A DNA stretch of 40,075 bases, taken from a virus (taxonomy: Duplodnaviria > Caudoviricetes). The stretch spans positions 1 through 40,075 of the IMG/VR virus record IMGVR_UViG_3300022204_000008; one strand, given 5' to 3'. Under the pieces are notes generated by a model, which did no database searches, had not been told where the DNA came from, and worked only from the letters and a program-made list of their open reading frames with translations. Of this stretch, positions 34,070 to 40,075 are shown piece by piece. The first letter of the stretch is position 1; every line of letters starts with the position of its first letter. The position numbers and the translations under genes were made by a program.

Positions 34070-34293
34070 CACACCCCTCCCCGACAGAGTTCATCGTAGA
34101 CCGCGTTGTTCCGGTTCACGTCGTCGCGCTCCGAGCCGTAGATCGGCTCATAGAACGAGCAGTAGTCATCGATCACCATCGTTCCCCTTGTATTTCTCCC
34201 GCACCCGGCGGCGTTCATCAGCATCAGCATCAAAACGATCGCGCACGTCCCTGACGGTCCCAGCCCGGTTAATCGCTTCACGGTACTGCTCAT
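34069..34293 (-). CDS. Putative o-spanin (Rz1-like lipoprotein)
   Basis: Lipobox-like NAAGC; two further Cys (DYCSFYEPIY...YDELC); overlaps the Rz-like gene in another frame. Confidence 0.65.
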   Translation of the reverse strand: MSSTVKRLTGLGPSGTCAIVLMLMLMNAAGCGRNTRGTMVIDDYCSFYEPIYGSERDDVNRNNAVYDELCRGGV

Positions 34294-34405
34294 TCTCAGC
34301 CTCCGCACGTCCAGCCTCACGGTCCCGTTCACGCTCCAGGAAACCGAACCATTTCCCAAAACCATCGGCGATCGCCGACAGTAGCGTAAGGATGGAACCG
34401 AACAT
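34166..34405 (-). CDS. Putative i-spanin (Rz-like)
   Basis: Hydrophobic N-terminus followed by a charged helical segment; lysis-cassette position. Confidence 0.6.
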   Translation of the reverse strand: MFGSILTLLSAIADGFGKWFGFLERERDREAGRAEAENEQYREAINRAGTVRDVRDRFDADADERRRVREKYKGNDGDR

Positions 34406-34581
34406 TACTTCGCGGCAATCGTGTCACGGGCGAACATCACCATGATCGAACCAATGGCCGACTGCACCGCAGTCACCTTGTCGATCTCACCGGTCATAAA
34501 CGCACCAGCCGTGGTAATCAACGCCACCACCACCGTCCAGAACGTCTTACTCGTCGCGTTCCGCTTCAGAAACTCACTCAT
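34405..34581 (-). CDS. Holin candidate (58 aa, two TM)
   Basis: SKTFWTVVVALITTAGAF...AIGSIMVMFARD; GAGGG RBS. Confidence 0.65.
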   Translation of the reverse strand: MSEFLKRNATSKTFWTVVVALITTAGAFMTGEIDKVTAVQSAIGSIMVMFARDTIAAK

Positions 34582-34592
34582 GACGATCCCTC

Positions 34593-34742
34593 TCAAAGAA
34601 ACCCACCCAATGCAAACCCCACCACCATCAACCCAAAAACAGCCGCCGCCAGCGGATACAGAACCCACCCCGGAACCCACCTCGACACCGCCCGGCCACG
34701 AATGGCCAGGTACAGGTCAGAGGGATTCACGCGGAAAGACAT
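34593..34742 (-). CDS. Small membrane protein (49 aa)
   Basis: TGATG-coupled to the endolysin; WVLYPLAAAVFGLMVVGFALGGFL. Confidence 0.55.
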   Translation of the reverse strand: MSFRVNPSDLYLAIRGRAVSRWVPGWVLYPLAAAVFGLMVVGFALGGFL

Positions 34743-35149
34743 CAGTAGCTCCAAAGCCAAGGACGGGGATGCCGACCATCGGCCTCCAGGTTGTCCAGAT
34801 GCAAAAACCGGCTACCGATCTCCCCACGCTGGGCAACACCAATCCCGGCCATTCCCACCATCCCAGCAATCTCAATCAGCCGCCGGGCATGTCCGCCATA
34901 CACCAGCACATCCACCGCCCTCCCAGTCGTATGCACCGCAGCACCCGCCCGCCCCCTCGCCCTCCCAATCGCCTCATCGTGGACAATGCACCGGTAAGCC
35001 GAAGTCAGCACCATGGGCCGCCCATAAATCTCCCGCACCCGCTCCAACAACGCCATGAACCCCCGATCCATTGCCACCTGCCCACACCCACAACGGCACA
35101 CAAGCTCATTGCGGGTGAAGTGACGGCTGAATTCCAAGGCGTCAGACAT
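34742..35149 (-). CDS. Endolysin, peptidase M15A family
   Basis: HFTRNELVCRCGCG, TSAYRC..H, HTTGRAVD and FLHLD; GGAGG RBS. Confidence 0.9.
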   Translation of the reverse strand: MSDALEFSRHFTRNELVCRCGCGQVAMDRGFMALLERVREIYGRPMVLTSAYRCIVHDEAIGRARGRAGAAVHTTGRAVDVLVYGGHARRLIEIAGMVGMAGIGVAQRGEIGSRFLHLDNLEADGRHPRPWLWSY

Positions 35150-35574
35150 GACTTCCTCCCAGAAGAAAAATGCTCAAAAAATTTGCAGAGCCGAGACTGG
35201 AAAACGGGGAAAAAATATGGGGGGTGGAGCACGACCGCTTCGGCAAAGAGGGGGGGCCTCGCTGCATGGGGGAACCGGGGGGGGGTGGGGGTCGAAATCA
35301 GCCGCTCTCCCATCCAGCTCTGTCCCCGTTGTGTCCCAAGCGTACTCATTGTGCCACTCAACCCCTGTGTTATCGGCCACTTAGACCCATGATACATCAG
35401 ACTGCCAATCCGATGCATGGTCTGATTGCTGCGCCCCTTGGCCACTCTGGATGGACGCGCGCAGGTGCTGCCCCGAAGCGAGCGGCAAGCGGCCAGCCCA
35501 CCACACCTATACCACCATTCGCGCCACAATGATGCACGCTTTGCCCCTTATTGTGCGTTACGCCCCGCAAATAC

Positions 35575-35799
35575 TTATGTGTCTGCTGTCCCTCTACCGG
35601 CCTCGTCCCACCAGGCTTGCAGGTGGACCAGGTAGATGCGGCGTTGCACTCCCAGCCTCAGGTGGCCCAGGCGTCCGGAGTCGCACCATCGGCAGATAGT
35701 CTCCCTCGCGACACCGGCAATGCGTGCAACATCACCGGTGCGATACCATTCCAGCACTTCCAAGCCGGCCCCCTCGATCTGGCTCTCAAGCGTGACCAT
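35575..35799 (-). CDS. Excisionase-like HTH (HTH_17/MerR-type) protein
   Basis: YRTGDVARIAGVARETICRWCDSGRL..LRLG.QRRI; GAGGGGAG RBS. Confidence 0.75.
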   Translation of the reverse strand: MVTLESQIEGAGLEVLEWYRTGDVARIAGVARETICRWCDSGRLGHLRLGVQRRIYLVHLQAWWDEAGRGTADT

Positions 35800-35980
35800 G
35801 ACTGCTCCCCTCTTCGCTGGCGGTCTCAATGGCTCGGCGTTGTGAACTCACCATCTCGGTCATAGTACGCAGGAGCCAGACGCTATCGGTTCGGGCTGGC
35901 TTGCGTTTGAATTGCATGGACTGGCCGATGCGGATCAGTTCGGATTCAATTGCGTCTAGAACATCGGTGTGGCTGGACAT
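35786..35980 (-). CDS. Hypothetical protein (64 aa)
   Basis: GAGGGAG RBS; overlaps the next gene. Confidence 0.55.
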   Translation of the reverse strand: MSSHTDVLDAIESELIRIGQSMQFKRKPARTDSVWLLRTMTEMVSSQRRAIETASEEGSSHGHA

Positions 35981-36046
35981 GGTTCGATTTCTCCCTCTAC
36001 TTGGCTATCTATTCTCCCCCTTAAGACACTCCCCCCTATAATCCCC

Positions 36047-36088
36047 CACTCGCCAGCCTCATGTGGACCAGGCATGGTATCGGAGCCG
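36047..36088. repeat. Internally deleted copy of 36871-36954
   Basis: CACTCGCCAGCCTCATGTGGACCAG + GCATGGTATCGGAGCCG, lacking the 42 bp between two ACCAG pentamers. Confidence 0.9.
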
Positions 36089-36149
36089 GGGTTGCGGCGG
36101 TCATCAAGTGGACTATCGGACAGTTCCAAAGCCAAATTTAGCCGTTGGA

Positions 36150-36866
36150 CTAAAAGAAGCAAGGCCCTCCAGTAATCCGCTCACTGGCTAATTTGAAATA
36201 GTTAACATCCATCTCGATACCGATGAACGATCGCCCGGTATTGTGCGCCGCCACCCCTGTCGTGCCTGACCCCATAGTGAAGTCGAGGACGGTTTCACCT
36301 TCGTTGGTGTAGGTGCGGATTAGATATTCCATCAGTGTGATCGGCTTCTGTGTTGGGTGGAGACTCGTTTCCGCTTTGAATTTCTGAATTGATCGCGGGT
36401 AGTTTGTGTGGGTTTGGGTGTAGGGCTTACGGACACAGTGCCCCAAATTGTTCTTCTCAGGTTTATGAACTCGCCGATCTGAAGCCGGGATTTCTACCAG
36501 ATTTTGCGGGTGATACATTGTGTGATGTGCGTTAAATACAACGATGTCTTCGTGCATTTTCAAAGGTTGTTTTTTAGCCAACTGTGGGTTGCTTGGCCGA
36601 CCCTTCTCCCACACCCAGCAATACTTAAACATTGCCATATTCGACGCGATCAGCGTGGTCGTGAACGGCTGGCTTGCCGTCATTACGATCGCGCCATTCG
36701 GTTTTATCACCCGTCGCAACTGCTCCCACATCGGGGCCAGGGGTACCACAGCATCCCACTTACACGCCGTGGTTCCGTATGGCGGATCGGTCAACACCAT
36801 ATCCACTGACCCCGATTCGATCTCTTTCATCCGCTCGAGACAGTCGCCAAGCATCAAGTTAATCAT
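36150..36866 (-). CDS. DNA methyltransferase N6-A/N4-C, beta class, orphan
   Basis: LTDPPYG precedes HPTQKP and VLDFTMGSGTTG. Confidence 0.93.
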   Translation of the reverse strand: MINLMLGDCLERMKEIESGSVDMVLTDPPYGTTACKWDAVVPLAPMWEQLRRVIKPNGAIVMTASQPFTTTLIASNMAMFKYCWVWEKGRPSNPQLAKKQPLKMHEDIVVFNAHHTMYHPQNLVEIPASDRRVHKPEKNNLGHCVRKPYTQTHTNYPRSIQKFKAETSLHPTQKPITLMEYLIRTYTNEGETVLDFTMGSGTTGVAAHNTGRSFIGIEMDVNYFKLASERITGGPCFF

Positions 36867-37216
36867 CAGTCACTCGCCAGCCTCATGTGGACCAGTGTAG
36901 CTGCATTCGCGGCGTCGTCAACGCCGTAGAGTACCAGGCATGGTATCGGAGCCGATGGATAGGGCGAGCGCTCTTTGCAGCGGGTGGAGCGGACAATGCG
37001 TATCACTATGATCGGGCGTCCGTAGTCATCCAGCACGGTGATGTCGGGTCGGATGGAATCCATCTGGCCCCTACGCCTTGGGAGCTTCACATCTCCGCGC
37101 ACGTGCCTAAACGCTTGTTTTAATGCGTGATATGCCTCTGCCTTGAGTTCGAACTCGGTCGGTTGGCGGCTGCGCAAGCTGCGGGTGTGCCTGTAGCTCA
37201 TATCTTTTTTTGACAT
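36866..37216 (-). CDS. PD-(D/E)XK-fold-like protein, apparently degenerate
   Basis: EFELKAEAY..L...RPDITVLD..GRPIIVIRIV; the expected ExK is absent. Confidence 0.5.
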   Translation of the reverse strand: MSKKDMSYRHTRSLRSRQPTEFELKAEAYHALKQAFRHVRGDVKLPRRRGQMDSIRPDITVLDDYGRPIIVIRIVRSTRCKERSPYPSAPIPCLVLYGVDDAANAATLVHMRLASD

Positions 37217-37221
37217 TGCCC

Positions 37222-37250
37222 TTGACGTCCCCTGCGTAGTCCGATAAGGT
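37222..37250 (+). promoter_or_regulatory. Sigma70 promoter for the accessory operon
   Basis: TTGACG-17 nt-TAAGGT. Confidence 0.5.
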
Positions 37251-37429
37251 ATGTAGGTGGGGCGGCAACAAGTGTAACATGTGGAGCTTTACCCTTCGGC
37301 ATATGATGATGCGAGGGCGTTATTTGACGCCCTTTCCAAATACGGCGCCTGACCCCTCCCCGTGCCCCCCAGCCACATGGGGGTCACGCTTGAGGCGTTG
37401 GACACATTAACCGAAAAGGAGACCAGACC

Positions 37430-37801
37430 ATGACACAGTGGACAGACTGCACAGGTGACGTTGTAACGGGCGACACAATCGAGTTCACCGAAGGCGTCTT
37501 CGGCGGAAGCTACCGCAAGCCGACGTACATAGGCGACCGGACCATTATCGCCCGCGTGACTGGCGACAGCTACGGTCACGACAAGCAGCAACACACGTTC
37601 TCGCTGGTCATCATATCCGCCACCGGATGCGAGCCGCTGACACCGGGCACAAAGACGCGCCGGAAGGGCCGGAACGTCTACCGCAACGGCACCATGCGCT
37701 TGGTCTGGGACGATGAGACCACACGCCCGGCGGTGGCCGACGAAAAGCACACGCGCGGCCATGCCGCACGCACACAACGCGCCATGCGCATCGCTCATTA
37801 A
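37430..37801 (+). CDS. Hypothetical protein (123 aa)
   Basis: AAAAGGAG RBS; first gene of the accessory operon. Confidence 0.8.
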   Translation: MTQWTDCTGDVVTGDTIEFTEGVFGGSYRKPTYIGDRTIIARVTGDSYGHDKQQHTFSLVIISATGCEPLTPGTKTRRKGRNVYRNGTMRLVWDDETTRPAVADEKHTRGHAARTQRAMRIAH

Positions 37802-37819
37802 CCGAAAAGGAGACCGACC

Positions 37820-38188
37820 ATGTACCTGAATGACCAAAAGAACACCATCTACTTCCCCCGCACCCGGCGAAGCGGTAGAACGATTGAGCCGGTGGTGGAT
37901 ATCCACACCATAACCGCCGGACTACGGGTATCGCATGCCGGGGGTGAACGCACCCGTGCCATCGTGGTGGAGGAACCCAACGGTTGCGAGCGATGGATCA
38001 CCGTAGACCCCGGCGAGCGGATCACCAAGGACCGCCTGCAAAAGGAAATCACCCAAAGCATCCATGACTTGCGATTGCATGGATGGGTGACCGATATAGT
38101 GGCGGCTTGTACCAAGGCCGAAGAGTTGCGCGATATACGTGTTTCGGCTGGGGAAAAGGAGACCAGACCATGGACCAAACCAAGCTAA
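37820..38188 (+). CDS. Hypothetical protein (122 aa)
   Basis: Same RBS linker as 37430. Confidence 0.75.
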   Translation: MYLNDQKNTIYFPRTRRSGRTIEPVVDIHTITAGLRVSHAGGERTRAIVVEEPNGCERWITVDPGERITKDRLQKEITQSIHDLRLHGWVTDIVAACTKAEELRDIRVSAGEKETRPWTKPS

Positions 38189-38322
38189 ACGAAGTCATCC
38201 GCCTGCACGCTCTATACCTCGCGAGCGATGGGGCGGAAGGTGAACGGGCGAACCTGTCTGGTGCGGACCTGCGCCGGGCGGACCTGTTCGATGCGGACCT
38301 GTCCGGGGCAATAAGGAGCTAA
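38170..38322 (+). CDS. Pentapeptide-repeat protein 1 (4 repeats)
   Basis: [26 protein letters not shown] + A(D/N)Lxx x4 + AIRS. Confidence 0.8.
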   Translation: MDQTKLNEVIRLHALYLASDGAEGERANLSGADLRRADLFDADLSGAIRS

Positions 38323-38327
38323 CCCCC

Positions 38328-38915
38328 ATGGACCTGAATGAGCTAAATGAAGTCATCCGCCTGCATGCCCTTTACCTTGCGAGCGATGGGGCGGAAGGTA
38401 AGCGGGCCGACCTGTCTGGTGCGAACCTGTCTGGTGCGAACCTGTCTGGTGCGAACCTGACCGAAGCGGACCTGCGCGGTGCGAACCTGACCGGTGCCGA
38501 CCTGTCCGGTGCCGACCTGTCCGGTGCGTACCTGTCTGGTGCGTACCTGTCTGGTGCGTACCTGTCTGGTGCGTACCTGTCTGGTGTGTACCTGTCCGAT
38601 GCGAACCTGCGCCGCGCGAACCTACGATGGGCCGACCTGTCTGGTGTGGACCTGACCGGTGCGAACCTGCGCCGCGCGAACCTACGATGGACCGACCTGT
38701 CTGATGCCGACCTGTCTGATGCCGACCTGTCTGATGCGGACCTGCGCCGGGCGAACCTGACCAAAGCCGACCTGTCTGATGCGAACCTGACCGAAGCGGA
38801 CCTGCGCCGGGCGAACCTGCGCGGTGCGAACCTGTCTGGTGCGAACCTGTCTGGCGCGTACCTGACCGATGCGGACCTGACCGATGCGGACCTGACCGGT
38901 GCAGTAAGGAGCTAA
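38328..38915 (+). CDS. Pentapeptide-repeat protein 2 (33 repeats)
   Basis: Near-identical 26-aa leader + 165 aa of A(D/N/Y)Lxx + AVRS. Confidence 0.92.
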   Translation: MDLNELNEVIRLHALYLASDGAEGKRADLSGANLSGANLSGANLTEADLRGANLTGADLSGADLSGAYLSGAYLSGAYLSGAYLSGVYLSDANLRRANLRWADLSGVDLTGANLRRANLRWTDLSDADLSDADLSDADLRRANLTKADLSDANLTEADLRRANLRGANLSGANLSGAYLTDADLTDADLTGAVRS

Positions 38916-38919
38916 CCCA

Positions 38920-39117
38920 ATGGACCAAAACGAGCTAAACGAAGTCGTCCGCCTACATGCCCTTTACCTTGCGAGCGATGGGGCGGAAGGTGAACGGGCG
39001 AACCTGCGCTGGGCCGACCTGTCTGATGCCGACCTGTCTGATGCGGACCTGGCCGGCGCGAACCTACGCGGCGCGTGCCTGCGCGGTGCGAACCTGACCG
39101 ATGAACACAGAACTTAA
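38920..39117 (+). CDS. Pentapeptide-repeat protein 3 (7 repeats, divergent end)
   Basis: Near-identical leader; ends ANLTDEHRT. Confidence 0.8.
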   Translation: MDQNELNEVVRLHALYLASDGAEGERANLRWADLSDADLSDADLAGANLRGACLRGANLTDEHRT

Positions 39118-39130
39118 AGGAGGCAGTAGG

Positions 39131-39388
39131 ATGAGACCCAGTGAAGGAGCTATGCGGGCAGTTAGAGCTATCCACGCAGCATGCTGTGATGCCGAGCCGA
39201 TGAGCGTCGACGTAGTCCACGAAGCCCGCATCATTGATCGTGAGACTGCCGCCCCTGATATGTACGACACGCTTATAAAGGCGCTGGAATACCTGCCCTA
39301 CGTGTCGGAAGATGATCCGATGGCGTCGGCGCTGGTGGAACTGTGCAGAGATATCCGCGTTGCCATCGCCAAAGCGAAAGGAGACTGA
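39131..39388 (+). CDS. Hypothetical protein with AAPDxxxxL motif
   Basis: AAGGAGG RBS; AAPDMYDTL...AIAKAKG is a common phage motif. Alternative start at 39101. Confidence 0.7.
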   Translation: MRPSEGAMRAVRAIHAACCDAEPMSVDVVHEARIIDRETAAPDMYDTLIKALEYLPYVSEDDPMASALVELCRDIRVAIAKAKGD

Positions 39389-39391
39389 CCG

Positions 39392-40075
39392 ATGAAACCG
39401 TACGAACCGACTCCGCCGACCAAACAGTATCACCTAACCACAACCCTGAGGCGGCTGCGCGAGCACCGTGCTTGCTCGGAGGGATATACCAAATTAACCG
39501 CGCACCTCGGACCCGAGTGGCCGGATGACAGGTCGATTAATCTTCTGACCATCCTCGAATCAAACGGCGTTGAGGATTGTCTGTGGTCCTTCCGGGCCGC
39601 TATTGAGGAGGCTGCACAGGTTACACGTTTAATTGCTGCGGATCTTGCAGAACACGTTCTGCATGTTTTCGAGGGTAAACATCCGGCAGATCAGCGCCCA
39701 CGGATGGCTATTGATGTGGCGCGAGCCTATGTACGTGGTGAGGCCACAGAAGAAGAAATGGCCGCAGCGCGGGACGCAGCATGGGCCGCAGAGGACGCAG
39801 CGCGGGACGCAGCATGGGACGCAGCATGGGCCGCAGCATGGGCCGCAGCACTGGCCGCAGCAGAGGACGCAGCACGGGACGTAGCATGGAACGCAGCACG
39901 GGCCGCAGCGCGGGACGCAGCATGGGCCGCAGAGGACGCAGCGCGGGACGCAGCAGGGGACGCAGCATGGGCCGCAGCATGGGCCGCAGCACTGGCCGCA
40001 GCAGAGGACGCAGCACGGGACGTAGCATGGAACGCAGCACGGGCCGCAGCGCGGGACGCAGCATGGGACGCAGAG
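39392..40075 (+). CDS. Imm5-like/AA(W/R)D-repeat protein, N-terminal part (continues at 3-386)
   Basis: AAAGGAG RBS; MKPYEPT...TTTLRRLREHRACSEGY...LLTILESNGVEDCLWSFR...RLIAADLAEHVLHVFE...DQRPRMAIDVARAYVRGE then repeats; no stop before the contig end. Confidence 0.85.
   Translation, partial: MKPYEPTPPTKQYHLTTTLRRLREHRACSEGYTKLTAHLGPEWPDDRSINLLTILESNGVEDCLWSFRAAIEEAAQVTRLIAADLAEHVLHVFEGKHPADQRPRMAIDVARAYVRGEATEEEMAAARDAAWAAEDAARDAAWDAAWAAAWAAALAAAEDAARDVAWNAARAAARDAAWAAEDAARDAAGDAAWAAAWAAALAAAEDAARDVAWNAARAAARDAAWDAE
39789..40075 (+). repeat. 141-bp higher-order tandem repeat built from 12/9-bp GCA-based units
   Basis: Units start at 39789 and 39930; related copies continue at 1-340. Confidence 0.85.

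Noticed and set aside
35174-35380. ORF MADNTGVEW..., faintly like a Gp37/Gp68 (DUF5131) N-terminus
   Set aside because: The similarity covers only a few residues, and the rest translates the C-run tract.
38400-38905. CRISPR-like array
   Set aside because: The repeats are contiguous 15-bp in-frame coding units with no unique spacers, and there are no cas genes.

Overview
This window is an apparently complete or near-complete ~40 kb tailed phage genome, a P22-like podovirus-type virion with lambdoid early modules. Both ends fall inside one tandem-repeat gene, and 1-146 matches 39930-40075 with 2 mismatches. The minus strand carries the late block (35149->12479): M15A endolysin, holin and spanin candidates, TerS, TerL, portal, scaffold, N4-gp56/DUF4043-type capsid, decoration protein, gp4-like adaptor, several appendage proteins including two tailspikes with paralogous anchors, gp10-like hub, tail-needle-like protein and three ejection proteins. 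A Cro-replication-RusA operon runs leftward from 3806. A divergent rightward operon carries a ~340-nt hairpin-dense leader, tRNA-Thr(CGT), NUMOD4-HNH, RecE/RecT(Bet), a C5 methyltransferase with a nested alternative-frame ORF, and a tyrosine integrase. A third operon (37430 across the junction to 821) encodes three tandem pentapeptide-repeat paralogues, an Ala-Ala-Trp/Arg-Asp repeat protein and a KorA/TrfB-like regulator. The most notable points are: no cI gene between the back-to-back early promoters, with a structured RNA carrying anti-Shine-Dalgarno loops in its place; an EcoHK31I-beta-like nested MTase ORF; repeat-length-variable accessory proteins; and twin hairpins upstream of the scaffold gene. 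All family calls come from motifs and synteny read by eye; no database search was run.
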